This document shows positions 1 to 8,929 of a stretch of 64,000 bases of DNA, piece by piece. A model generated the notes under the pieces. The model did not search any database. It was not told where the DNA came from and worked only from the letters and a program-made list of their open reading frames with translations. The stretch comes from an uncultured Actinomycetota bacterium (GTDB taxonomy: Bacteria > Actinomycetota > UBA4738 > HRBIN12). The position numbers and the translations under genes are program-made. The DNA is taken from positions 357,296-421,295 of the forward strand of contig CAVVSH010000015.1 of assembly GCA_963750945.1 (NCBI GenBank). Reading direction: 5' to 3'. Positions within the stretch are counted from its first letter, which is position 1, and every line of letters starts with the position of its first letter.

Positions 1-1215
1 ATCGACCATGACATCGGTCGGCTCGAGGTGCGGCACGACCTCCGGGTACTTCGCCTTCCACCGCTCCAGTCCCTCCATCGCCTCCCGCTCGCTTGCGGCA
101 CGTGCGATCTCGATCAGCGGCATGCGCGTGCGACGGCGACCGGTCGGTCCGCTCGTCTTGCCGGGCGCCGGCGGCGGCACGGAGCCCTTCTCGGCCGGGT
201 CCCTCTTCACCCGGCGCCTCGAAGGTTGCGCGCGGACGGGCTCGCCTTCGGCCTTCGGGAAGTGCGGCGGGTACGGCGCCTCTCCCTGTCCCTCGCGCGC
301 CTGACGCTCGGAAAGCTCGAGGGCCGGCTCGAGCGTGCCCACGTGGTCGTCGACCTCTGCGCCGGGGTCGCCGAGGCGCCGGAGCCGCTCGGGGACGGTC
401 CGCAGCGTGAAAGTCTCGGGCTCCACGCCCGGCACCTCGTTCCACTCCAGCGGCGTCGACACCCGCGCATCCGGCACCGGACGGACGCTGTACGCGGAGG
501 CGACCGTCCGATCGCGAGCGTTCTGGTTGTAGTCAAGGAAGACACCGTGACGCTCTTCCTTCCACCACTTCGTCGTCGCGATGTCGGGGAGGCGGCGCTC
601 GACCTCGCGAGCGAGCGCGAGCGCCGCCTTCCGGACGTCGGTGAAGTCCCACTCGGGGCGGATCCGCACGTTCACGTGGATCCCCTTCTTGCCGCTCGTC
701 TTGGGGAAGCCCATGAGGCCGTGTTCCTCGAGCACGTCTTTGGCGGCCATCGCCACTTCCCGGACGTGCTCGAACGGCACCCCCGGCATCGGGTCGAGAT
801 CCATGCGGAGCTCGTCCGGATGGTCGACGTCGCCCGATCGCACGGGCCAGGGATTGATCTCGAGGCATCCGAGTGTCGCCGCCCACGCGAGGTGGGCGGT
901 GTCGGCCATCACCGGCATGTTGGCGGTCCGGCCGCTCGGGAAGGTGATGAGGGCCGTCTCGACCCAGGGCGGCGCACCCTTCGGCAACCGCTTCTGATAG
1001 AAGCCCTCCCCGGCCGCCCCGTCGGGGAACCGGTGGAGCGTTGTCGGCCGGTCGCGGCAGCCGACGAGCGCGGCGTCCGCGACCTCGACCCAGTAGCGCA
1101 CGAGGTCGAGCTTCGTGATCGGACCATCGGGAGCGTCGGGGAAGTACGGCTTGTCGGGGTTGGTCACCCGGATGTCCCGGCCCGCTACGTCGAGAGTCTC
1201 GGCCTTCGTCGCCAC
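1..1215 (-). CDS. LigD-type primase-polymerase (Prim-PolC-like) with C-terminal extension; runs off the left edge
   Basis: Not in the ORF track because there is no stop in the window. From GTG at 1215: MATKAETLDVAGRDIRVTNPDKPYF...LHRFPDGAAGEGFYQKR...PDELRMDLDP...PKTSGKKGIHV...WWKEERHGVFLDYNQNARDRTVASAYSVRP. These are LigD Pol-domain motifs. Confidence 0.88.
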   Translation of the reverse strand, partial: MATKAETLDVAGRDIRVTNPDKPYFPDAPDGPITKLDLVRYWVEVADAALVGCRDRPTTLHRFPDGAAGEGFYQKRLPKGAPPWVETALITFPSGRTANMPVMADTAHLAWAATLGCLEINPWPVRSGDVDHPDELRMDLDPMPGVPFEHVREVAMAAKDVLEEHGLMGFPKTSGKKGIHVNVRIRPEWDFTDVRKAALALAREVERRLPDIATTKWWKEERHGVFLDYNQNARDRTVASAYSVRPVPDARVSTPLEWNEVPGVEPETFTLRTVPERLRRLGDPGAEVDDHVGTLEPALELSERQAREGQGEAPYPPHFPKAEGEPVRAQPSRRRVKRDPAEKGSVPPPAPGKTSGPTGRRRTRMPLIEIARAASEREAMEGLERWKAKYPEVVPHLEPTDVMVD

Positions 1216-1238
1216 GCGTCCACCGTACCCTGGTCCCT

Positions 1239-1793
1239 GTGACGGACGTCATCGAGACGGAACGACTGCGCCTGCGCCCGTTCGCGGACGATCTCTCCGA
1301 CCTCGACGCGCTCCACGAGATCCAGTCCGACTCCGCGCACATGCGCTTCTACCCGCACGCGTTCAGCCGCGAGGAGTCCCGCGCGTGGATCGAGAAGTTC
1401 CTCGATCGGCAGGAGCGCAACGGCTACAGCCTGTGGGCGATCGAGGACCGCGAGACGGGGGAGTTCCTCGGCAACTGCGGACCCGTGCCGCAGATGGTCG
1501 ACGGGATCGAAGAGGTCGAGCTCGGGTGGTCGGTCACGCCACGCCGCGCTCGTCAGGGGATCGCGACCGAGGCGGCGGCGGCGTGGCGCGACCGGTGCCT
1601 GGGTCCGCTCGGCATGGATCATGTGATCGCGCTGATCCGCCCGGAGAACGTGCCGTCGCGCGGCGTCGCGGAGCGCATCGGCATGACGGTGTGGAAAGAG
1701 ACACGTCATGGGAGCCTCGGGTGGGTCCACCTCGTCTATCGGATCGACGCAGCAGCACGTGACGCGCCGGATGACGCGGCGAAGAGCTCTTAG
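1239..1793 (+). CDS. GNAT N-acetyltransferase, RimJ/RimL family
   Basis: IETERLRLRPF, FLGNCG, VELGWSV...RQGIATEAA, IRPENVPSRGVAERIGM. Confidence 0.9.
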   Translation: MTDVIETERLRLRPFADDLSDLDALHEIQSDSAHMRFYPHAFSREESRAWIEKFLDRQERNGYSLWAIEDRETGEFLGNCGPVPQMVDGIEEVELGWSVTPRRARQGIATEAAAAWRDRCLGPLGMDHVIALIRPENVPSRGVAERIGMTVWKETRHGSLGWVHLVYRIDAAARDAPDDAAKSS

Positions 1794-2299
1794 TCGCTGA
1801 CCTCGATCCGATCGATCACCACGTCGTCGACGGGACGATCCTGCGGGCCGGTCGCGACACCTGCGATGGCTTCGACCACCTCGTACCCCTCGGTCACCTC
1901 GCCGAAGATGGTGTGACGACCGTCGAGCCACGGCGTCGCCGCGACCGTGACGAAGAACTGCGACCCGTTGGTGCCGGGGCCCGAATTCGCCATGGCAAGG
2001 AGCCCGGGCTTGTCGAACGACGGCCCGCCGGGTGGCACCTCGTCTTCGAACTGGTAGCCGGGCCCGCCCATCCCGGTGCCGGTAGGATCGCCGCCCTGCA
2101 ACATGAAGCCCGGGATCACGCGGTGGAAGATCGTCCCCGGGTACAGGGCCGTGGACTTCTTCTGCCCGTCACGCGGGTCGTCCCATTCCCTGGCTCCTGT
2201 CGCGAGCCCGACGAAGTTCTCCACGGTCTTCGGCGCGTGATCCGGCATCAGCCGGACGGTGAAGGAACCCTTGTTCGTGTGGATCGTCGCGGTGGGCAC
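1790..2299 (-). CDS. ppiA: Cyclophilin-type peptidyl-prolyl cis-trans isomerase
   Basis: HAPKTVENF, FHRVIPGFMLQGGDPTGTGMGGPGY, LAMANSGPGTNGSQFFVT, WLDGRHTIFGEV. Confidence 0.97.
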   Translation of the reverse strand: MPTATIHTNKGSFTVRLMPDHAPKTVENFVGLATGAREWDDPRDGQKKSTALYPGTIFHRVIPGFMLQGGDPTGTGMGGPGYQFEDEVPPGGPSFDKPGLLAMANSGPGTNGSQFFVTVAATPWLDGRHTIFGEVTEGYEVVEAIAGVATGPQDRPVDDVVIDRIEVSD

Positions 2300-2345
2300 A
2301 GGGATATCCTTTCGTCGAGGGCGTCGGTTCGAGAAGCTGCCGAGT

Positions 2346-4370
2346 CTATCGAGCCGCCTGGAGGAGCTGCTCGGCGAGGTCTTCCCTCTGTGTCACCGGA
2401 AGGCGGCATGCGAATCGCTCGCAGACGTAGGCGGTCGGAGATCCGTTCACCTGGGGGCGGTCGCGCAGAAGCGCGACCGCCTCGATCGCCTCTTCGTCAT
2501 CGGGCGCCGCGATGGCGACCACAGTGTTCGGGAGGAACCGAACCGTGAGCACCTCATCCGCCAGGGCCCGAGCGGCGGGATCGTCCATCGATCCGATGAT
2601 CGCCACCTCACGGGTCGGACCCAGCGAGAGATCCAGCGCAGAGAGCGCGTGTCCGAAGCCCGACGGTGCTCTTCCGAGCACGTCTCGGATCAGCCGGATC
2701 CCCGACACACCGATCCGCTCGAGCTCCTGGTCTCCCATCAGGAGCGCGATCCGCTGGATCACGTCGGCGGCCGCCGAGTTCCCCGACGGCACGGCGTTGT
2801 CGTAGAGCTCCTTCGGCCGGATCACGAGTGCGTCGACGTCGGCGCCCGACTGGAAGAACCCCCCACGCTCGTCGTCCGCGAACAACCGGACGAGGTCGTC
2901 GACCAACCGCTTCGCCTCGCGGAACCACCGCAGCTCACCGGTGCGTGAGAACAGCGCGAGCATGGCGGAGGCGAGCAGCGCGTGGTCGTCGGCATACCCC
3001 GGGCCGCCCGGTGTGCCGTCTCGCCAGGAGCGAAGGAGCCTGCCGTCGGGACTTCGCAGGTTCGAAAGGACGAACTCCGCGGCGGTGATCGCGGCGCCGG
3101 TGAAGGCGTCGTTCCCGAACGCCCGGCCCGCCTCCGCGAACGCCTGGATCGCCATCGCGTTCCACGCGGTCAGCACCTTGTCGTCGGTCGCGGGCCGCAC
3201 GCGACGCTCGCGCGCCGCGAACAGGACACGTCGAGCCTCCTCGAGTTCCTCGCTGTGGCTGTCGGCGTCCGGTCGCCGCAGGACGTTCGTCCCTTCTCCA
3301 TGCTCCCCGGCCCAGTTGCCGCCCGGAGAAGCCCCGAAGGCCTTCGCGGCCCCCTCGCCCACCAGGCCGATGAGCTCGTCCCACGACCAGGTGAAGAACT
3401 TGCCCTCGACGCCTTCGGAGTCGGCGTCCTGGCTCGAGAAGAAGCCGCCGTCCGGATGCCGCATCTCGCGAAGCAGGTACTCGAGGGTCTCGGTCGCGAT
3501 CCGCCGATAGCGATCCTCGCGAGTGAGCTGCCAGGCGCGCGTGTACAGCTGGGCCAGCTGGGCGTTGTCGTAGAGCATCTTCTCGAAGTGGGGAACGAGC
3601 CAGGTCGCGTCCGTCGAGTACCTGGCGAAACCGCCTCCCAGCTGGTCGTACATGCCACCCGCCGCCATCCGATCGAGGGTCGTCGTCAGCATCGGGAGGG
3701 CGTCGGGGGCGTCTCTCAGAGCCATCCGCAGAACGAATTCGAGCGTCATCGGTTGAGGGAACTTCGGTGCCGAGCCGAACCCGCCCCAGGTCTCGTCGAA
3801 CGATCGCCGGAGCATCGCCAGCGCCGACGACGTGATCTCGTCGGTGAGCGGTTCGTCGGACGCCGTCAGCGACACGGCACGGGAGATCGCGTCGATGACC
3901 CGGCCGCCCTGTCCTTCGAGCTCGGTGCGCCGCTCGCTCCAAGCCTCGGCGATCCCCCCCAGCACCTGGCGGAACGACGGCAGGCCGTGGGCGGGCTCCT
4001 TCGGGAAGTAGGTCCCGGCGAAGAAGGGCTTGCCCGCGGGGGTGAGGAACGCGGACAGCGGCCATCCGCCCTGGCCCGTCAGCGCCTGGACGGCATCCAT
4101 GTAGATCGCGTCCAGGTCCGGTCGCTCCTCACGGTCGACCTTGATCGGAACGAAGTTCGCGTTCAGGAAGGCGGCCGTTCCCTCGTCTTCGAAGGATTCG
4201 CGCTCCATCACGTGGCACCAGTGACATGCGGCGTACCCGATCGAGAGGAAGATCGGACGGTCCTCGGCAGCCGCCTTCGACAACGCCTCCTCTCCCCATG
4301 GGAACCAGTCCACGGGGTTGTCGGCGTGCTGTAGGAGGTACGGGCTCGTGGCATCGGCCAGACGATTCAC
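2346..4370 (-). CDS. Thioredoxin-domain protein YyaL/SPATA20 family (DUF255 plus alpha/alpha barrel)
   Basis: [63 protein letters not shown]. Start set at GTG 4370. Confidence 0.93.
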   Translation of the reverse strand: MNRLADATSPYLLQHADNPVDWFPWGEEALSKAAAEDRPIFLSIGYAACHWCHVMERESFEDEGTAAFLNANFVPIKVDREERPDLDAIYMDAVQALTGQGGWPLSAFLTPAGKPFFAGTYFPKEPAHGLPSFRQVLGGIAEAWSERRTELEGQGGRVIDAISRAVSLTASDEPLTDEITSSALAMLRRSFDETWGGFGSAPKFPQPMTLEFVLRMALRDAPDALPMLTTTLDRMAAGGMYDQLGGGFARYSTDATWLVPHFEKMLYDNAQLAQLYTRAWQLTREDRYRRIATETLEYLLREMRHPDGGFFSSQDADSEGVEGKFFTWSWDELIGLVGEGAAKAFGASPGGNWAGEHGEGTNVLRRPDADSHSEELEEARRVLFAARERRVRPATDDKVLTAWNAMAIQAFAEAGRAFGNDAFTGAAITAAEFVLSNLRSPDGRLLRSWRDGTPGGPGYADDHALLASAMLALFSRTGELRWFREAKRLVDDLVRLFADDERGGFFQSGADVDALVIRPKELYDNAVPSGNSAAADVIQRIALLMGDQELERIGVSGIRLIRDVLGRAPSGFGHALSALDLSLGPTREVAIIGSMDDPAARALADEVLTVRFLPNTVVAIAAPDDEEAIEAVALLRDRPQVNGSPTAYVCERFACRLPVTQREDLAEQLLQAAR

Positions 4371-4441
4371 CCTGACAGTGTCGCGCAAGGGACCGGTCGC
4401 CAGCTCAGTTCTGGGCGGAGAGGTGCCGATGTTCTCGTGAG

Positions 4442-5104
4442 ATGGACGAGTTGCGGGTCCTCATCGTGGACGACAGCCTCGGACTGGCGCAGGGCCTGGT
4501 GCTGGCGCTCCGCCGGCGGCCGGGGCTCGAGGTGCTGGGTCCGGTGGCCGACGAGGCGAGCGCGCTCCGCATGCTCGCCGAGACGCCGGTCGACATCGTC
4601 GTGGTGGGCATCGATCGAGCCGACGAGCAGGGCGTCGCCCTGATCTCCGCTCTCCGCAATGCCTCCGACATCCGCGTCATGGCCGCGACGCGACACGTCG
4701 CCTCACCCTTGGTCGAGCTCGCGCTCGCCGCGGGCGCCTGTGGTGTGCTTCCGATCGAACGGGAGCCCGCACACTTGGTGGCGGCGTTCCGGCGCGCCAT
4801 CGCCGGAGAGCTCGTCCTCCCCGTCGCGGAGCTTCCGACCCTCGTCGATCGCCTGTGGCAGGCACGGGCACGGCACAGCGAGCACACGCTCCTTGGCACG
4901 TTGACCGGACGCGAGCGCGAGATCCTCGCGGCCCTTGCCGACGGCGCCACGACCTCCGAGCTCGCAGTCGAGCTCGGCATCAGTCCGGCCACGGTGCAGA
5001 CCCACGTGAAGAACGTCCTGAGCAAGCTCGGCGTGCACTCCAAGGTCGAGGCGGTCGGGACCGCGTGGCGGGCGGGCCTCACACTCACCTCGCGTTCCGC
5101 CTGA
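4442..5104 (+). CDS. NarL/LuxR-family response regulator, atypical receiver
   Basis: RVLIVDD receiver start. The phospho-Asp position reads DIVVVGI and the conserved Lys position reads [23 protein letters not shown]...[18 protein letters not shown]. Confidence 0.9.
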   Translation: MDELRVLIVDDSLGLAQGLVLALRRRPGLEVLGPVADEASALRMLAETPVDIVVVGIDRADEQGVALISALRNASDIRVMAATRHVASPLVELALAAGACGVLPIEREPAHLVAAFRRAIAGELVLPVAELPTLVDRLWQARARHSEHTLLGTLTGREREILAALADGATTSELAVELGISPATVQTHVKNVLSKLGVHSKVEAVGTAWRAGLTLTSRSA

Positions 5105-5121
5105 GCGGTAGCCTCGCCGGC

Positions 5122-5775
5122 ATGGACGTGGTCCATGCGGTGGTGGCGGCAGGACATCCGGTCGTGAGGAGCGTCATCGACATCGCCTGCCGGGAGGCAG
5201 GCGTCACGGTCCTCGCGAAGGTGGAGACGGCGTCGGCCGCGATCGATGCCTGTCGTTCCCGAAGACCCGAGCTGCTCGTCCTGGACCTGGAGCTCCCCGA
5301 CGCCGACGGATTCCGAGTGCTCGCCGATCTCGACGACCTCGACCGGCCGGAGGCCGTTCTGGTGTTGTCGGATCACGCGGAAGGAGACCTGGTGCTCCGC
5401 GCCCTCCGACTCGGCGCCCGCGGCTACGTCACGAAGGCGGAGGGACTGAGGGATCTCTCGAGCACGATCACCAGGGTGCTCGCAGGAGAGCGTGTCATCG
5501 CCCCGGGGATGGAGCAGGACGCGGTCCTCGCGCTGGGGCGGTTCGCACGACGCGCCCGGGAGGGTGCGGAGGTGGCGGCCGATCTGACCCCCCGGGAACA
5601 ACAGGTACTCGAGCTCTTGAGCGACGGGCACACGATGCGGCAGATCGCCACGAGGCTCAGCATCTCCCCCCGAACGGTGGAGACCCATGTCGCGAAGGTG
5701 TATCGGAAGCTCGGCGTGCGCACGCGGGTGCAGGCCGTCTCGCGAGCGGCCACGCTCGGGCTCGTGGAGCTGTAG
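5122..5775 (+). CDS. NarL/LuxR-family response regulator (acidic pocket degenerate)
   Basis: MDVVHAVVAAGH (no DD), LLVLDLELPD, GARGYVTK, HTH LTPREQQVLELLSDG...SPRTVETHVAKVYRKLGV. TAGCCT -10 lies 7 nt before ATG 5122. Confidence 0.9.
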   Translation: MDVVHAVVAAGHPVVRSVIDIACREAGVTVLAKVETASAAIDACRSRRPELLVLDLELPDADGFRVLADLDDLDRPEAVLVLSDHAEGDLVLRALRLGARGYVTKAEGLRDLSSTITRVLAGERVIAPGMEQDAVLALGRFARRAREGAEVAADLTPREQQVLELLSDGHTMRQIATRLSISPRTVETHVAKVYRKLGVRTRVQAVSRAATLGLVEL

Positions 5776-5799
5776 CCTCAGCCGCGTCACCGCCGATAG
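5771..5799 (+). promoter_or_regulatory. Candidate sigma28/FliA/WhiG-type promoter of the third regulator
   Basis: GCCGATAG at 5792-5799 (consensus -10 GCCGATAA), with a weak -35 TGTAG 16 nt upstream. Confidence 0.35.
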
Positions 5800-5835
5800 G
5801 GAAGATGGCGGCAGACCTGTCGCTCCGGAGAGCCG

Positions 5836-6543
5836 ATGAGCGCATCGTCCGTGAACGAGACCAAGGCAACCCGCGCCATCCGGCGCCTGGGCGTCGTCGT
5901 CGTCGACCCGTTCCCGGTGGTCCGCGCGGGACTCGCGACCACGATCGAGGCGAGTCCCGGCCTCGAGGTCCTCGCCCAGGCCTCGAGTGCGGAGGAGGCG
6001 ATCGCCGTGGTCGGCGGCGTTCGCCGCACCCGAGTTGTCGTGCTCGTCGCGATGGGTCTCGCGGGGGACAAGGATTCCTACTGGCTGATCCGGACGCTCC
6101 GCGAGCGCTTCCCCGGCCACGCGATCCTCGGCCTGGGAGCCAACGCCGATCCTCACGTGGTCTCGCGGGCGCTGTTCGTCGGCGCCGACGGATTCGTCGA
6201 CAAGAACATCGAGCTCGACGAGTTCCTGGCGGCGATCAAGAGCGCAGGGAACGAGGAGATGGTGATCGCCGGTCCGGCCGCCGCCTCCGTCGGGAAGATC
6301 GCCGAGGGGATCGAACGTCGGAGGAGCGTCGGCCTCAGGCTCACGAGGCGCGAGCGGGAGGTCCTGGCGGTCGCGGCCGAGGGTTTGACCGCTCGCGAGA
6401 TCGCGGAGCGGCTCGGCGTTCGCGAGCGGACGGTCACGACGCATCTGGCCAGGATCTACGGCAAGCTCGGCGTCGGGAACCGGCTGGCCGCACTCCGGAT
6501 GGCGGCGCGCTCCGGTCTCGTCTCGATCGGCCCCGCCGAATAG
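5836..6543 (+). CDS. NarL/LuxR-family response regulator, atypical receiver
   Basis: VVVVDPFPVVRAGL. The phospho-Asp position reads VVLVAMG. GADGFVDK; HTH LTRREREVLAVAAEG...RERTVTTHLARIYGKLGV. Confidence 0.9.
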   Translation: MSASSVNETKATRAIRRLGVVVVDPFPVVRAGLATTIEASPGLEVLAQASSAEEAIAVVGGVRRTRVVVLVAMGLAGDKDSYWLIRTLRERFPGHAILGLGANADPHVVSRALFVGADGFVDKNIELDEFLAAIKSAGNEEMVIAGPAAASVGKIAEGIERRRSVGLRLTRREREVLAVAAEGLTAREIAERLGVRERTVTTHLARIYGKLGVGNRLAALRMAARSGLVSIGPAE

Positions 6544-6544
6544 C

Positions 6545-7996
6545 TCAGCGTCGCACGAACACGGACCCGGCGGGGCCCTCCGTGTCGAGGCGCCACGCGG
6601 GGTCCCCCCGCAGCTCTCCAGCGAGGACGGCGCCCGGCGGAAGGATCACGCCCGAGATCTCGTGGCGATCGAGGATCGCCTGCCACCCGTCCCCGGCGAC
6701 GATCGCGGTGTCGTAGTCCCGCCAGATCCCGGCCGGGAACAGCTCGATGCGGGAGTCCACCATCACGGGGTAGCCGGCGAGCGAGAACTCGAACCACGAA
6801 GCGAACGGCTGGAACACGAGGAGGCGCGACCCGGTGGGCAGCGCCCGCCGGGTCGCGCCCGTCAGCACCTCCGGTGCGTCGGCGGCGAGCCGCTTCGGCG
6901 CGCCGGTCACGGGGTCGGTGCCCGATCGCGAGAGGAAGGCCGCGACGAGCAGCGCGAGCGAAAGGACCGCCGTCGCCACCCTCGTGCCCGGCGTGGAGAG
7001 CGCGGGGGACTCCGCCCGTGGCTCCCGGACCGCCAGCCAGCCGGCCACGACGGGGGGCGCCGCGAGCGCCCACCACACGGTGGATCGGAGTGCCGCCGCG
7101 CCGAGCGCGAAGAACACCAGCAGCCGAGCGACGTCCATCGCCTTGACCGTCGTGCGCCTCGTGAGCGCCACCACGACGACCGCGATCCCGGAGAGCCAGA
7201 AGAGCGACCCGGCGCCCGAGAATGGTGAGGGAGGCCGCCACTCGGCGACGGTGTTCCTGATCGTGTCGTTGGTCGAGACGTCCACGACGTAGGACCACAC
7301 GGTGAGCCCGAACGGGTTGGCAGCGGTCGCCGCGATCGTCGCGACGACGACCAGCGCCGGCCGGAGAGGCGATCGCCGGCTGACCAGGTCGTCCCCGAGC
7401 GCGAAGGCCGCCAGGATCGGCGCGAGTACGAAGCTTCCGTGGATGTTGGCCCACACGACCGTGACGACCGGCACCAGCCAGGTCCAGCCGTCTCGTCGCG
7501 AGAGCAGCAACCAGGTCAGGGTGAACAGGGGTACCGCCAGCGCCTGGGGCCTCGCGCCCAACGAGCTCGCGCCGACCAGAAATCCGAGGATCGTCAGGAT
7601 CGCCGCGGTACGTACGTCGCTCCCGGCACGCCGGCAGTTCCGATACAGAAGGGAGAAACCGGCTCCGATCGCGGCGGCATAGGTCAGTGCGACGCCCGCC
7701 CAACCCCAGATCCGATGCGCCGAAGCGAACACGACCTGGGCGCCCCACTGCTGGTTCAACCAGGGCAACCCCGGCCGCGTGAACGTGAAGGGATCGGTGC
7801 GCACGAGCTCCCCCGTACCGAGGGCGAGCTCCCCCGCTCGCACCTGGTAGGCGAGGTCGATCGCTCTCATCCTGGAGATGAGTGCGGCCGCAGCCGGCAG
7901 AACGCCGGCCGCGGCCGCCCACGCAGCCTCCGTCCGATGGCCCCCCGGAGAACTGTTGCGGCCTATCCGAAAATCGGCCCCTTTAGGGGTTCCCAT
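6545..7996 (-). CDS. Polytopic membrane protein, probable GT-C-type glycosyltransferase (start uncertain)
   Basis: Many hydrophobic segments. First-loop motif IDLAYQVRAG...DPFTFT...WLNQQW, then RPQ, WANIHGSF, NPFG, EWRPP and a C-terminal soluble DSRIELFP domain. Confidence 0.6.
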   Translation of the reverse strand: MGTPKGADFRIGRNSSPGGHRTEAAWAAAAGVLPAAAALISRMRAIDLAYQVRAGELALGTGELVRTDPFTFTRPGLPWLNQQWGAQVVFASAHRIWGWAGVALTYAAAIGAGFSLLYRNCRRAGSDVRTAAILTILGFLVGASSLGARPQALAVPLFTLTWLLLSRRDGWTWLVPVVTVVWANIHGSFVLAPILAAFALGDDLVSRRSPLRPALVVVATIAATAANPFGLTVWSYVVDVSTNDTIRNTVAEWRPPSPFSGAGSLFWLSGIAVVVVALTRRTTVKAMDVARLLVFFALGAAALRSTVWWALAAPPVVAGWLAVREPRAESPALSTPGTRVATAVLSLALLVAAFLSRSGTDPVTGAPKRLAADAPEVLTGATRRALPTGSRLLVFQPFASWFEFSLAGYPVMVDSRIELFPAGIWRDYDTAIVAGDGWQAILDRHEISGVILPPGAVLAGELRGDPAWRLDTEGPAGSVFVRR

Positions 7997-8019
7997 CGGG
8001 GCATCCTACGGGGTACCAT
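7978..8019. promoter_or_regulatory. 12-bp-phased GGGG-NN-CC repeat array, candidate operator between divergent genes
   Basis: GGGG at 7986, 7998 and 8010 (TAGGGGTTCCCA/TCGGGGCATCCT/ACGGGGTACCAT), preceded by the near-palindrome CCCCTTTAGGGG. Confidence 0.45.
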
Positions 8020-8111
8020 CCGGCTCCCTCAGGAACAAGGGGGGTGCGTACGTCGAAGTACGTAGACAACTCCAGTGGAATTCGGGATTCCCTGGGGCCG
8101 TGGGGTTCTTC

Positions 8112-8163
8112 TAACGTGATCACTGGCGGGATAGCATCTCGCCGGTGGGGCGCGAAGCGCCCC
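8112..8163 (+). promoter_or_regulatory. flp promoter -10 (TAACGT) followed by two 5'-UTR hairpins
   Basis: TAACGT 8112-8117; stem GGCGGGA-TAGCA-TCTCGCC 8125-8143; stem GGGGCGC-GAA-GCGCCCC 8147-8163; SD GGAGGAAGGGGG before ATG 8198. Confidence 0.5.
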
Positions 8164-8197
8164 TGAGGACGGGATATCGGAGGAAGGGGGTGTACAG

Positions 8198-8398
8198 ATG
8201 CTTCAGCTCTTCACCGGTTTCCAGACTTGGTGGGCAGAGCTCAAGGAGCGTGCCTCGGAGGAGCGCGGCGCGACCGCGGTGGAGTACGCGCTGATGGTTG
8301 CTTTGATCGCAGTTGTGATCATCGTCGCGGTGACGTTCCTGGGCGAGTCTGCGAGCGACAAGTTCCAGCAGGTCGGGGACGCAGTCGCTAGCACCTAA
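8198..8398 (+). CDS. flp: Flp/Fap type IVc pilin
   Basis: 66 aa; EERG/ATAVEYALMVALIAVVIIVAVTFLG Flp motif with G cleavage site and +5 E-Y. Confidence 0.96.
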   Translation: MLQLFTGFQTWWAELKERASEERGATAVEYALMVALIAVVIIVAVTFLGESASDKFQQVGDAVAST

Positions 8399-8421
8399 GT
8401 CCAACTACAGCTCTACAGCTA

Positions 8422-8471
8422 GAGCGGCCCCGTCGGCCGCTCGCGACGCCGCCCTCGAGGCGGCGGCGCGA
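8422..8471 (+). terminator. Double hairpin after flp (attenuating terminator or mRNA stabiliser)
   Basis: GAGCGGCC-ccgtc-GGCCGCTC 8422-8442 and CGCCGCC-ctcga-GGCGGCG 8447-8465; no U-tract. Confidence 0.55.
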
Positions 8472-8500
8472 GGGGCCGACGGCCCTGCGACGCAGGAGCG

Positions 8501-8929
8501 ATGGGACAAATGAAGATCCGAGCCAAGCTTCGTCGTGAAGAGGGAGCGGCCGCAGTCGAGTTCGCGTTGATCGTGGGACTTCTGGCCATCCTGGTCTTCG
8601 GCCTGCTCGAATACGGGCTGGCCTTCTGGCAGGTGCAGAACCTCCGGGCGGCAGCCCGAGAGGGTGCGCGGGTCGCCGCCGTCCGCGGCGACAGCAACGA
8701 GATCAGCGCGGCCATGGTCGCATCGTCGGCCGGCTCTCTCAGTCCGGGCTTCGCTGGATTCAGCGCATCGACCGTCTGCGACGGCGATCCCCCCGGAGCC
8801 CAGGTCACCGTCACGATCAACAACGGCGCCCTCTCCGGAGCCGTCAGGGAGGCGTTCGACGTGTCGATCCCCTTCTTGCCGCCGATCCAATTGGATCCCA
8901 CGCTGAGCGGGACGTTCCGATGCGAGTGA
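8501..8929 (+). CDS. tadE: TadE-like minor pilin
   Basis: REEG/AAAVEFALIVGLLAILVFGLLEYG...AAAREGARVAAV. Confidence 0.92.
   Translation: MGQMKIRAKLRREEGAAAVEFALIVGLLAILVFGLLEYGLAFWQVQNLRAAAREGARVAAVRGDSNEISAAMVASSAGSLSPGFAGFSASTVCDGDPPGAQVTVTINNGALSGAVREAFDVSIPFLPPIQLDPTLSGTFRCE

Noticed and set aside
533-1342. 269-aa minus-strand ORF in the track
   Set aside because: Wrong frame of the Prim-PolC gene; the motif-bearing frame is 1215 to the left edge.
8118-8197. c-di-GMP riboswitch before flp
   Set aside because: No GGCAAA/GACGCAAAG (class I) or class II signature; only two simple hairpins.
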